From the NCBI GenBank assembly GCA_031409275.1, contig JANNXA010000040.1:192568-256567 (forward strand): 64,000 nt of DNA, given 5' to 3'. The notes beneath the pieces are model-generated. The model was not told the DNA's origin, searched no databases, and saw only the letters and a program-made list of their open reading frames with translations. The translations under genes were made by a program, and so were the position numbers. This DNA is from Planctomycetota bacterium. Lineage in GTDB: Bacteria; Planctomycetota; B15-G4; SIAN01. Positions 8,930 to 18,067 of this stretch are shown here, piece after piece (the stretch's first letter is position 1; each line of letters starts with the position of its first letter).

Positions 8930-11173
8930 TCAACGCTCCGCGACGTCGAGCTCGACGAGCAGGCGACGGGCGGCGAGGTGGAGTTCCCCCCGAGTGAGGC
9001 GGTCGAGCTGCTGCAGGATCACCTTCTCGCGATCGATCGACGGGAACTCCTTCGGCGCCTCCTCGATCAGCGTCACGAGTCGGGCGAGCAGTTCGCGGTA
9101 GCCGTCGGCATGCGGCGTCAGTCCATCGCGCCCCGAAAGCTGACCGGCACAGTCGGAGAGCACGAGGAATGGGTTGCGCGCGCGCGCCAATGCGGCCGCT
9201 TGCGCACGCAGCTCGAGCCACTCCTCGATGCGCCGCGGCGAGAATCCGAGCGCGAGCAGTTTCGGGAGCTGCCCCCAGATCTTGCGCCCGAGGGGCAGGA
9301 AGCGCGCGGCATCTTCGAGGTGCGCCGTCTCGTGCTGCAGCACCGCATCGAGGGCGTCGACCCGGAGCGCGAGGCGAAACCGCTCCGGCTCGCGCGCACG
9401 GCAGTCGGCCAGCGCGCGCAGCTCGAGCTTCGCCGCGACTTCCGCGGGCTCGTCGATGCGACAGCGTTCCGCGCGCGTGGGCGCCCGCTCGACCGGATCC
9501 GCGAGCAGATCACTCGCCGTCCCTTCGAGCCGCGCCTCGAAGGTCGACAGCCGCTGCACCTCGTCCTCGACGGTCGCCACGTCGATCCAGACGAACCGAT
9601 CGAGCGCGGCGCCGGCGAAGCGCGCGCCCTGGTGCTCGAGCCATCCGGGAATGGAGGTGCCCTCGACCCATGACAGCGCGGCGAGCTGCGGACCGGCGAC
9701 GCCACGCGCCAGCACCGGCGCGACGAAGAGTTCCGGTGGCTGGCCACTGCGTTGGCCCACCACCATCAGGCGACCACCGTCGGAGAACCAGCGCGGCAGA
9801 CCAGGCCCCGTCGGGTCGATCAGCTCGCCGAGCGGCCAGAACGACAGTCGGCGCGTGCTCTCGATCAGATCGACTCCAACGACGCGTTTCGCGATCGCGC
9901 CGACCGCCTCGACGAAACGATCAAAGTCGCGACTGGGCGCGGCATCCCCTTCGGAGCGATAGGTCGCCAGGGCGAGCACCTTGAGCTCCGCTTCGAGCTG
10001 TCGTTGCGCCAGGACGCGCCGGCGCAACGACTCGACGTCCTGGCGATCCCCGCGCCGCCACGGCCGCAACAACGCCAGCGCCTCCTCGTCGAAGCCGAGC
10101 GCCACGAGCTGTCGCGCGAGGTCGAACGCTCCGCTCGCGCCAAGCGCGCCAGCCAACGGCGCAAGCTCGCAAGCGGCCGCGAACGCGGGTGCTTCCGCGC
10201 CCAGTTGCGCGAGCGCGGCGAAGCGGTCGCGTTCCTCGTCGAGCGCGCGCATCACCTCGCCGCGCTGCACCAGGAGCAGGCGGCGACGCGCGCGCGTGGC
10301 GGAATCGCCGGGAGGCGCAATCTCCCAGGCTGCCAGCGCCGCCGCGGCGTCGCCGGTCAGTGCGTGGCAACGCGCCAGCAGCTCGGCGACCAATGGCTCA
10401 TCGGCCGCGTTTCCAAGTTCGTGCACGAGCCACTCGACCTCGGGCAACGTGACGTTGCCGTCGAGCCGCGCGCGCAACCGCCGCGCCGCTTCCCTTTGCT
10501 GCGGCTGCCGAGCCAGGAGCTGCCCCAGCAACTCGAACGCTTCGTGCGTGCGACCGCCGCGGTCGCGGCAATCGGAGAGCAGCAGGACGCGCTCGGCCTC
10601 CCAGTTCTCTTCAAGCAACGCGCTCGCCAGCAACTTCTCGGCGGCCTCGCGCTTGGTGAAGTCCGCCGCCCAGGCGCGCAGGACTCCAAGCTCGAGGTCC
10701 GGCTCGTCGGGAGCAAGGGCGCGTGCCTGCTCGTTGGAGGCGCACGCCAGCGTCACATCGCCCTGCGCCAGCGCAAGCGCGCCGAGCCCGAGGAGCGGCC
10801 ACGGGCAGCGCGGATCAAGGCGGCGCGCGGTCGCGAAAGCTGTCCGCTGGACTTCCGGATCGCTCTGGATGCGACCCCAGAGGTACCAGCGCTCGGCCGA
10901 AGTGGGCTCCGCGTCGCGGAGCGCGCGATACGTCGTGAGCTGCGCGCCGCGGCGATGGCGGGCGAGCTCGAGATTCTGCAGCGCACGGTGGGCAGCGACG
11001 AACCGCGGCGAAACACGGACGACATCGCGCAGCAGCGCCGCTGCGGGATCGAGCTCGCCGCGCTCCTCGAGTTGCCGAGCGTCGCGGTAGCGTTGCCATT
11101 GCGCCGGCGCGATGGGCGGCGCCGGCGGCGGCAACGTCGCGCAACTCGCGACGAACCACAACGACGCGAGCAA
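8930..11173 (-). CDS. TPR-repeat lipoprotein with a C-terminal HExxH motif
   Basis: Lipobox VASC, multiple TPR-like helices, VLQHETAHLED near the C-terminus. Start uncertain (TTG 11173 or ATG 11239). Confidence 0.7.
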   Translation of the reverse strand: MLASLWFVASCATLPPPAPPIAPAQWQRYRDARQLEERGELDPAAALLRDVVRVSPRFVAAHRALQNLELARHRRGAQLTTYRALRDAEPTSAERWYLWGRIQSDPEVQRTAFATARRLDPRCPWPLLGLGALALAQGDVTLACASNEQARALAPDEPDLELGVLRAWAADFTKREAAEKLLASALLEENWEAERVLLLSDCRDRGGRTHEAFELLGQLLARQPQQREAARRLRARLDGNVTLPEVEWLVHELGNAADEPLVAELLARCHALTGDAAAALAAWEIAPPGDSATRARRRLLLVQRGEVMRALDEERDRFAALAQLGAEAPAFAAACELAPLAGALGASGAFDLARQLVALGFDEEALALLRPWRRGDRQDVESLRRRVLAQRQLEAELKVLALATYRSEGDAAPSRDFDRFVEAVGAIAKRVVGVDLIESTRRLSFWPLGELIDPTGPGLPRWFSDGGRLMVVGQRSGQPPELFVAPVLARGVAGPQLAALSWVEGTSIPGWLEHQGARFAGAALDRFVWIDVATVEDEVQRLSTFEARLEGTASDLLADPVERAPTRAERCRIDEPAEVAAKLELRALADCRAREPERFRLALRVDALDAVLQHETAHLEDAARFLPLGRKIWGQLPKLLALGFSPRRIEEWLELRAQAAALARARNPFLVLSDCAGQLSGRDGLTPHADGYRELLARLVTLIEEAPKEFPSIDREKVILQQLDRLTRGELHLAARRLLVELDVAER

Positions 11174-11237
11174 GCGATATCGTCGACCAAGCGGTCCGCG
11201 CGAAGCGGCTTTCCCCTCGCGGAGTCCTCCCACGGCC

Positions 11238-12251
11238 ATGCTTTGCACCCTCTTGCTCGCCTTCGCGGCCGACGTTCCGAAGCTGCCGTTCACCGAGAAA
11301 TACGACGCCGCCTGGGCCGAGGCGAAGGCGCGCAACGTACCCGTGCTGATCATCGACTTCGACGGCTGGACCAACGACCTCAAACAAGGACAGCCGAGTG
11401 CGTTCTACGCGGACAAAGAGTTCCTGGCGCAATGCGAGGGGGCGGTCCTCCTGCTCGCGAGCCAGGAAGAGCACTCGATCGCTCGCGAGGAGATCGACGG
11501 CGAGGTGCGCGACGTCTGCGAACAATGGGGAGGCGTACCGTGCGCCGCCCATCGCGACCTGCTGCCGCGGATCTTCACCGACTTCGGCCGCGACGGCGTC
11601 CTCGTCTCCCCGTTGTTCGTCGTCGCCGACCCCAACCGCAAAGAGCTTGCGCGTCTCGAGCACGAACACACGCCGGCCGAACTCGTCACGGCGCTGCGGG
11701 CCGCGAGCAAGAAGCTCGGCGCTGGGATGCCGCGCCGCGACCATCGCAGCGTCGTTCGCGGGCTTCGCGACCTTCGTCGGCTGCTCGAACTGAACGAACC
11801 GGCCGCGGCCGTCGCGGTCCTCGACACGCTGAAGAAGATCCCGGGGTCGTTCGCGCCGAACGCCGAAGTGACGGTGGCGGCTCAGAAGCTCGACGAAGCC
11901 GGACGCAGCCGTCTCGCGCGAGCAAGCGAGCTCTGGAACGCCAAGCGTCCCCCTGACGCCTTGATCGAAGCGGACGACGTTCGAGCGTCGTTCGGGAAGC
12001 TCGCATGCGCAGGCACCGCAGCCGCAATGGTGGCGGAGTGGCAGAAGGACGCCGCCGTCAGCAAGTCCGACCTCGCGGACCTGAAATCGCACCAAGGCGC
12101 GCGGCAGCTCTACCAACAGGCCGTGGATCAGGAGCGGTCCGGTGAAGCCAAGAAGGCGCTGCAGACCCTCGAGCGGCTGCTGAAGCAGTTCCCCGACAGC
12201 CGCATGACCGATCGCGCCCGCTCGCTCCGCGACTCGCTGAAGAGCGGCTAG
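11238..12251 (+). CDS. Secreted thioredoxin-fold-like / TPR protein
   Basis: Short signal MLCTLLLAFAA; YDAAWAEAKARNVPVLI resembles a thioredoxin-like N-terminus but has no CxxC; C-terminal TPR-like 'LLKQFPDS'. Confidence 0.65.
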   Translation: MLCTLLLAFAADVPKLPFTEKYDAAWAEAKARNVPVLIIDFDGWTNDLKQGQPSAFYADKEFLAQCEGAVLLLASQEEHSIAREEIDGEVRDVCEQWGGVPCAAHRDLLPRIFTDFGRDGVLVSPLFVVADPNRKELARLEHEHTPAELVTALRAASKKLGAGMPRRDHRSVVRGLRDLRRLLELNEPAAAVAVLDTLKKIPGSFAPNAEVTVAAQKLDEAGRSRLARASELWNAKRPPDALIEADDVRASFGKLACAGTAAAMVAEWQKDAAVSKSDLADLKSHQGARQLYQQAVDQERSGEAKKALQTLERLLKQFPDSRMTDRARSLRDSLKSG

Positions 12252-12524
12252 CGGGAGCGACGGCCGTCGTGGCCGGCCGTGTCGCAACGTTCGCTTAGCG
12301 CTCTTGAGAGACTTCGTCCAAGAGCTACGAAGCATGTCCGTGCATGTTCTTAAGTCGTTTAATAACAGATATTTAAGAATATCACATGGATGTTATCGTC
12401 AAGTTCGCATGTCTTCAGCATGCTCATTATTGCACTAGATGGGCACTTGCGATTTGTTCAATAAAATTTCTTAAGTCTATTATTTACAATTGATTACAGA
12501 TCATCGCCGAAGTTTTTCAGCCAT

Positions 12525-12540
12525 CGGCACCCACCTTGCT
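12525..12540 (+). promoter_or_regulatory. Sigma-54 (-24/-12) promoter
   Basis: CGGCAC-CCACC-TTGCT, with GG at 12526-27 and GC at 12538-39 (exact GG-N10-GC spacing). Preceded by an AT-rich block. Confidence 0.7.
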
Positions 12541-12550
12541 TTGAACGAGC

Positions 12551-12724
12551 TCACGCAAGGCGATCTCGGGACTCGTTGGATCTCTCAGGCACCAAAAGTG
12601 GTTCTTCGAGACAAGGACGCGTGCGGGGAAGAACGGATCGTGCGGAAACCGTGAGCCCTGGCTGATACGGTTTTCGCGGAAAGTTGTGGGCGGCTTCCGG
12701 GGGGAGGCCGCCCGCTTTCTTTTT
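12551..12724 (+). ncRNA. Putative sigma-54-dependent small RNA (GGA-rich, multi-hairpin)
   Basis: Bounded by the sigma-54 promoter and an intrinsic terminator. No ATG. Hairpins at 12601-12634 and 12642-12677. Eight GGA motifs. Confidence 0.55.
12686..12724 (+). terminator. Rho-independent terminator
   Basis: 13-bp stem GTGGGCGGCTTCC/GGAGGCCGCCCGC with a 4-nt loop, followed by TTTCTTTTT. Confidence 0.85.
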
Positions 12725-12769
12725 CCCGCGCCTCGCTCGGCACCGAGCGCCGCAGACTGGCGGCGCGAA

Positions 12770-12866
12770 TGGCGGGAGCGCATGGGAATTGAACCCACCT
12801 AGGACCTTTGTAGGGCCCCACAACGGATTTGAAGTCCGTGCGGCACACCAGCACCGATCCGCTCCC
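12770..12866 (-). tRNA. selC: tRNA-Sec (anticodon TCA)
   Basis: 97 nt. 6-bp D stem with TGGT loop, anticodon arm ACGGA-CT TCA AA-TCCGT, long variable arm, extended acceptor stem, encoded GCCA end. TATCAT -10 at 12881-12886. Confidence 0.95.
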
Positions 12867-12945
12867 GCTCAAGGCGACGCATGATACGACGCCTTCGCCC
12901 GGATCTTCAGGACCTTGGCGCCGCCCTCTCGCCCCCCATCGGCAC

Positions 12946-14085
12946 ATGATCTACCTCGACAACGCCGCCACGACGAAGCCGCTCGATACGGTCGTCACTG
13001 CGATGACTTCGGCACTCCGAGACGAGTGGGCAAACCCGTCTTCGTCGCATCGACCCGGGCTCGCCGCGCGCGCTGTCGTCGAGACGGCCCGCGCCGCGGT
13101 CGCGGACTACTGCGGACTCGATCCGCAAGGCGTGATCTTCACGTCGGGAGGGACCGAGGCGAACCACCTCGCCGCGCTTGGGCTTCCACTGCGCTCGGGA
13201 ACAACTCGGATCGTCACGACCGTCGCGGAGCACCCATCTCTTGGGCGGGCGTTGGCGTCGCGTCGCGACGCCGAAGTCATCGCGATCCCGCTGACGCGAC
13301 AGGGCGGGATCGACCTCGATCAGCTCGAACAGAGACTCGACTCGAGCGTCGGTCTCGTCGCGATGTTCGACGGTCACAATGAGACGGGCGCCAAGAACCC
13401 GATCGAGTCGATCGTGGAGCGCGTACGGCGCCGCTCGCCGCGCGCGTTGATCCACGTCGATGCCGTTCAATCGTTCGGGAAGCTCGGGCGGCCAGGCTTC
13501 GCGCTCGGCGTCGACAGTGCCGCCGTCTCGGCGCACAAGATCCACGGGCCGAAGGGTGTCGGTGCGCTGCTGCTGCGTACGCGAACACGCCTCGCCCCGC
13601 TTCAGTTGGGTGGCGGCCAGGAATCGGACCGTCGCAGCGGTACCGAGAACGTTCCCGGCATCGCCGGATTCGGCGCCGCCGTCGCGGCACTGGCGACACC
13701 GTCGGCGCCTTTCGCTGCGATCGCCGCGATGCGCGAGCGACTGGTCCGCGAACTTACGGCACGCATCCCCGGCTCGCGCGTCCTCGGCGAAGGGGGACCG
13801 ACGTTGCCGCACATCGTCGCCATCGTCCTTCCGGGCGTCCGTTCCGAGGTGGTGCTGCACCACCTCGAACAGCAGGGAATCGTCGCCTCCGCGGGTGCGG
13901 CGTGCCACGCGGGATCCCATCAGCTCTCGGCGGCGCTTCGTGCGATCGGCCTCACCGACGATGAGATCCGCGCGACGCTCCGGCTCAGCCTTGCGCGAAC
14001 CACCACCGAAACCGAGGTCCACGCCGTGATCGAAGCGCTTCCGACCGTCGTTCGCCGGCTGCAGATGCTCGAGAGGGGCGCGTGA
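12946..14085 (+). CDS. Cysteine desulfurase (class V PLP, IscS/NifZ-like)
   Basis: MIYLDNAATT, FTSGGTEAN, HVDAVQ, SAHKIHGPKG, RSGTENV, catalytic SAGAACH. Confidence 0.93.
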   Translation: MIYLDNAATTKPLDTVVTAMTSALRDEWANPSSSHRPGLAARAVVETARAAVADYCGLDPQGVIFTSGGTEANHLAALGLPLRSGTTRIVTTVAEHPSLGRALASRRDAEVIAIPLTRQGGIDLDQLEQRLDSSVGLVAMFDGHNETGAKNPIESIVERVRRRSPRALIHVDAVQSFGKLGRPGFALGVDSAAVSAHKIHGPKGVGALLLRTRTRLAPLQLGGGQESDRRSGTENVPGIAGFGAAVAALATPSAPFAAIAAMRERLVRELTARIPGSRVLGEGGPTLPHIVAIVLPGVRSEVVLHHLEQQGIVASAGAACHAGSHQLSAALRAIGLTDDEIRATLRLSLARTTTETEVHAVIEALPTVVRRLQMLERGA

Positions 14086-15329
14086 CCGTCGACGCGGCGT
14101 TGATCCGATTCGGCGAGATCGGCCTCAAAGGCGCCAACCGCCACGATTTCCTGGCGCGCTTTTGCAAGAACCTGCGTCACGCGCTCGAGCCGTTCGAGGG
14201 CGCGCAGGTCGAGGAGATGCAGGGGCGCTTCCTTGCCCGTCTCGCGGGCCACGGCGACGCCGCGCTGACGGCGCTGAGCCACGTGTGCGGGGTCACTTCG
14301 CTCTCACCCGCCGTCCGCATCGAGCCCGACTTCGCGGCGATCGAGCCTGCGGTGCGAGCGGCCGCGCAGGAGGAGATGCGCGCGCGACCGTTTTCGACGT
14401 TTCGCGTCAAGGCCAACCGTGCCGACAAGAAGTTCGCGGTGAAGTCCACGGAACTCGAGCGCCGGCTCGGCGCCGCCGTGCTCGCCGCGCTGCCGCAACT
14501 GCGAGTCGATCTCGGGCAGCCCGAGCGGACCTTCGGCGTCGAAGTGCGGGCAGAAGGGGCCTTCGTCTTCCACGGCCGCATCGCAGGCCCCGGCGGGCTG
14601 CCGGTCGGAAGCATCGGCCACGCGCTCGCGCTGCTCTCCGGCGGAATCGACAGCCCGGTCGCCGCCTACCTCGCCATGAAACGCGGACTGCGAATCGACG
14701 CCGTCTTCTTCCACTCCGCCGAGTTCACCGGATTCGCCGCAACGGAGAAGGTGAAGGAACTCGCGCGACTGCTGTCACGCTTCGCGCCGCGGTTCGGCCT
14801 GCACTTGATCCCCTTCGCGCCGATCCAGACGGCGATCAAGGAAGCGTGCGATCCGTCGTACCGAACGATCCTCTATCGCCGCATGATGCACCGCATCGCG
14901 ACGGAGCTTGCGCGACGCGAACGGCTCGCCGCGCTCGTCACCGGCGACAATCTCGGCCAGGTCGCCTCGCAAACCCTCGAGAACCTGGCGTTGACCGCAG
15001 CCGCGACAACGCTGCCGCTGCTCCGACCGCTGATCACCTTCGACAAGGAAGAGACGATCGCATTCGCGAAACGCATCGGCACGTTCGAAGTGTCGATCCG
15101 GCCCGCGCTCGACTGCTGCACGGTGTTCCAGACGGCGCATCCGCGGATCCACGGCAACGCCGCCGACATCGATCGAGCCGAAGCGATGCTGCCACTCGCC
15201 GCGCTGATCGAGGAGTCGCTGCTCGGTCGCGAACTCTGGGTCTTCCACCACGGCAGGCCGGGACGCGCGATCGAACTGCCGCGGCGCGCCAACGAGCCGC
15301 CGGGCCGGCCGTCGGTTCAGCTGCCCTGA
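14082..15329 (+). CDS. thiI: tRNA 4-thiouridine(8) synthase (no rhodanese domain)
   Basis: GEIGLKG.NR, THUMP domain, GGLPVG, LLSGGIDSPVA, GQVASQT, DCC. GTGA overlap with the desulfurase gene. Confidence 0.93.
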   Translation: MTVDAALIRFGEIGLKGANRHDFLARFCKNLRHALEPFEGAQVEEMQGRFLARLAGHGDAALTALSHVCGVTSLSPAVRIEPDFAAIEPAVRAAAQEEMRARPFSTFRVKANRADKKFAVKSTELERRLGAAVLAALPQLRVDLGQPERTFGVEVRAEGAFVFHGRIAGPGGLPVGSIGHALALLSGGIDSPVAAYLAMKRGLRIDAVFFHSAEFTGFAATEKVKELARLLSRFAPRFGLHLIPFAPIQTAIKEACDPSYRTILYRRMMHRIATELARRERLAALVTGDNLGQVASQTLENLALTAAATTLPLLRPLITFDKEETIAFAKRIGTFEVSIRPALDCCTVFQTAHPRIHGNAADIDRAEAMLPLAALIEESLLGRELWVFHHGRPGRAIELPRRANEPPGRPSVQLP

Positions 15330-15835
15330 GTCTTGCCCGGGGCCGCCGGATCGACCGTCTCGGCGATGTCGCGCATCAGGACCTGCAGCTTGGTCAGCAA
15401 CCGCTTCGCCTCGAACGGGTCGTCCGTCGTCGATTCCCAATCGTCCGCCTCGCGCGACGCGCTGCGCCCAGCCGACGGGCTCGTCTCCTGCTGCACTCGC
15501 AGACGGAGCGTCACCACGTCGCCGTGGCCATCCGTCTCGACGACGACTCGCTGTCGAAGCGCCTGGTGAGTCGTATCCGCATAGGCACCGTACAGCCACC
15601 CCGTCTCGAAGGTCCCCTCGCTCGCGTCGAGGGTCCGCGGCGGATAGCGATCTTCGACCACCGTCTGCACGAGTTGCAGCACCGCCGAGGAGTTGACGCC
15701 GCGATAGCTGCGTTCCACCCACTGCGCTTCGTCGCCGCCGACGCCGAGCTCGCGGAAGATGGCGCAGCCGCCGAGTGCCGCGACGAGCGCCATCGACGCG
15801 ACCCGCGCCGCGGACCGCCAAGCTCTCATCTGCAT
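15317..15835 (-). CDS. Hypothetical lipoprotein
   Basis: Lipobox LGGC; AGGAG RBS; lies directly downstream of der. Confidence 0.7.
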   Translation of the reverse strand: MQMRAWRSAARVASMALVAALGGCAIFRELGVGGDEAQWVERSYRGVNSSAVLQLVQTVVEDRYPPRTLDASEGTFETGWLYGAYADTTHQALRQRVVVETDGHGDVVTLRLRVQQETSPSAGRSASREADDWESTTDDPFEAKRLLTKLQVLMRDIAETVDPAAPGKTQGS

Positions 15836-15857
15836 CGCTCGCTCCTGATGACGTCGA

Positions 15858-17186
15858 TCACTTCGGGATCTCGTTCTTCACGCGCTCGCGAACCAGGAAA
15901 CGGATCGGCACTTCCTCGAAATGGCCGCCTTCGCGCAGCACGTTCCCGAGCCACCGCTGATAGGGCGCGCTGACCAGCCGCGTCTCGTTCACGAACAGCA
16001 CGATCGTCGGCGGTCGCACATCGACCTGCGCGGCGTAGAAGATCTTGCCCGTGCGCCCGCCCTTGACCGGCGGCGACTTGCGCTCCATCGCATCCTTGAT
16101 GAGGCGCATGACGTCGCCCGTGCCCAGGCGCTTCCCGGCCTCGTCGTGCAACCCGATCACGAGGTCGAGCGTCTCCTTGACGCGCAGATCCTGGGTTGCG
16201 GAGATGCACGTGATCGGCGCGAACGTGAGGAAGTCGAGGCGATCGCGGACGTAGGCACCGAACTGCTCAAAGTCCTTCTTGCCTTCGACCAGGTCCCATT
16301 TGGTCAGCACGATCACGAACGGCTTGGAGGAGTCGAGCAGCAGCTTCGCGATCGAGTGCTCGATGCGGCCGATCTCCTGCATCGCATCGATCAGGAACAA
16401 CGCGACGTCGCAGCGGCGGACGGCACGCTCGGAGCGCGCCTGCGCATAGAAATCAGGCGAGCCATCGACCGAGTTGGCGCGGCGCAAACCCGCGGTGTCG
16501 ACCACGACGCAGCGGCGACCGCCGTGCTCGAACTTGAGGTCGACGGCATCGCGCGTGGTTCCCGGCACGTCGCTGACGATCATGCGCTCGCTGCCGAGGA
16601 TGTGGTTCACCAGCGTCGACTTGCCGGCGTTGGTCCGGCCGACGACGGCGATGCGGACGACTTCACCCTCGGCCTCTAGTTCCGGGGCGCCGGGCAGTAG
16701 TTCGAAGATGCGCTCGCGCAGCTCGCCGATGTTGCGGTTGGCCACGGTGGAGACGGGGAACGGGTCGCCAAACCCCAGCTCGCAAAGTTCGCCGGACGCG
16801 TGCTCGAAGCTCGCGTTGTCGGCCTTGTTGGCCACGAGCAGCAGCGGTTTCCCGAGCTTGCGCAGCCGTGCCGCGATCGCGCGATCGGCGCCGGTCACCC
16901 CCTCCATCACGTCGAGGACGAAGAGCAGCAGATCGCTGCCACGCATCGCGATCTCGATCTGCGCTTCGACCTCGTCCTCGAGCCCGAGTTTGTCGACCAC
17001 GCCGATGCCGCCCGTGTCGACGAGTTCGCAACGACGCTCGTCGTGGCGCAACTCGACGCTGACGCGATCGCGCGTGACGCCGGGCGTCGGGTCGACGATG
17101 GCGACGCGCGAGCGCACCAAGGCGTTGAAGAGTGAGGACTTGCCGACGTTGGGCCGGCCGACGATGGCAACGACTGGGAGCGACAT
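15858..17186 (-). CDS. der: Ribosome biogenesis GTPase Der/EngA
   Basis: Tandem GTPase domains (GRPNVGKS, GRTNAGKS; DTGG/DTAG; NKAD/TKWD) and a KH-like C-terminus. Confidence 0.96.
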   Translation of the reverse strand: MSLPVVAIVGRPNVGKSSLFNALVRSRVAIVDPTPGVTRDRVSVELRHDERRCELVDTGGIGVVDKLGLEDEVEAQIEIAMRGSDLLLFVLDVMEGVTGADRAIAARLRKLGKPLLLVANKADNASFEHASGELCELGFGDPFPVSTVANRNIGELRERIFELLPGAPELEAEGEVVRIAVVGRTNAGKSTLVNHILGSERMIVSDVPGTTRDAVDLKFEHGGRRCVVVDTAGLRRANSVDGSPDFYAQARSERAVRRCDVALFLIDAMQEIGRIEHSIAKLLLDSSKPFVIVLTKWDLVEGKKDFEQFGAYVRDRLDFLTFAPITCISATQDLRVKETLDLVIGLHDEAGKRLGTGDVMRLIKDAMERKSPPVKGGRTGKIFYAAQVDVRPPTIVLFVNETRLVSAPYQRWLGNVLREGGHFEEVPIRFLVRERVKNEIPK

Positions 17187-17208
17187 GCTTGGAGCCTTCG
17201 CGGCTGCC

Positions 17209-17973
17209 TCACGGCAGGCGCAGGAACTTGTGGGTCTGCGGAATGACGCGGAGATCGGAAAGATGAAGCGCCGCCGCGTCGTGGCAGGCGTTCAACAGGG
17301 ACAACGGTAGTTCCGGCAGCCCCCCTTGACGCGGGGTCTCCGGTTGGAAGATCAGCGGGATCGAGCGGTCCTCTTCGGCGATCAGCCGCGCCAGCCGCTC
17401 GACTTCGGCGACGTCCGTCGTCGGCCCGACGATCATCTTGGCGCAACGCTCGACGCCTCGGCAACTGCGGAGGAAGGCGCGATGGTCGGCCGTGCGGTCG
17501 CCCTCATGCGCGACACTGTCGAGCTTGACGTCGAACGCAACCAGTTCGACGTGCGGACGGAGCAGCTCCATCTCCGCGCTGTTCACCCCTGCCGTCTCGA
17601 GATGCCGGCGCCGAGGCAGCAGCAACGGAGCGAGCGCGGCAAGGAATGGCGCCTGCTCGAGCGGCTCGCCGCCGGTGAACGAGATCCAGGAGCGGCGCCC
17701 CGGGTCGAGTTCGTCGACGGCCGCCGCGACTTGCTCGACTGTGAGCGGATTCCGCAGGCGGCGTGGAGCCGACGAAGCGTCGCCCGTTTGCAGCGCGGCC
17801 GGCACCTCGATCTCCGCCCACTCGGTACGGACGAGCGCCTTCGGCGTGTCGCAATAGCGGCAGCGCAGGGAACAGCCGGCCATCCGGACGAACACGGTCT
17901 TCGTCCCGACGGTCGTACCTTCGCCCTGGAACGAGACGAAGAGTTCCTGCAGATGGCCGACGGGCGCTACCAC
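17209..17973 (-). CDS. queE: 7-carboxy-7-deazaguanine synthase (radical SAM)
   Basis: ELFVSFQGEG, FVRMAGCSLRCRYCDT, SFTGGEPL, C-terminal IPQTHK. Start approximate. Confidence 0.88.
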   Translation of the reverse strand: MVAPVGHLQELFVSFQGEGTTVGTKTVFVRMAGCSLRCRYCDTPKALVRTEWAEIEVPAALQTGDASSAPRRLRNPLTVEQVAAAVDELDPGRRSWISFTGGEPLEQAPFLAALAPLLLPRRRHLETAGVNSAEMELLRPHVELVAFDVKLDSVAHEGDRTADHRAFLRSCRGVERCAKMIVGPTTDVAEVERLARLIAEEDRSIPLIFQPETPRQGGLPELPLSLLNACHDAAALHLSDLRVIPQTHKFLRLP

Positions 17974-18067
17974 GTGCAACTGATCCCGACGGCAACGCAA
18001 GCGCGGCGCCTCTGCGCCAGCCGCGCGCAGACGAGACTCGCGCGCGGCCGGGAGCGCGCCGTCGCGC

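Noticed and set aside
12330..12520. AT-rich block as oriC or a dif site
   Set aside because: No TTATCCACA-like DnaA boxes and no dnaA/dnaN nearby. Only a partial XerD-arm resemblance (ATTTAAGAATA) with no XerC arm at the right spacing. The adjacent sigma-54 promoter explains the block better.
12578..12600. CTCTCAGG resembling a glycine riboswitch
   Set aside because: The upstream GGAGA and CCGAAG elements are missing, and there is no downstream same-strand gene to regulate.
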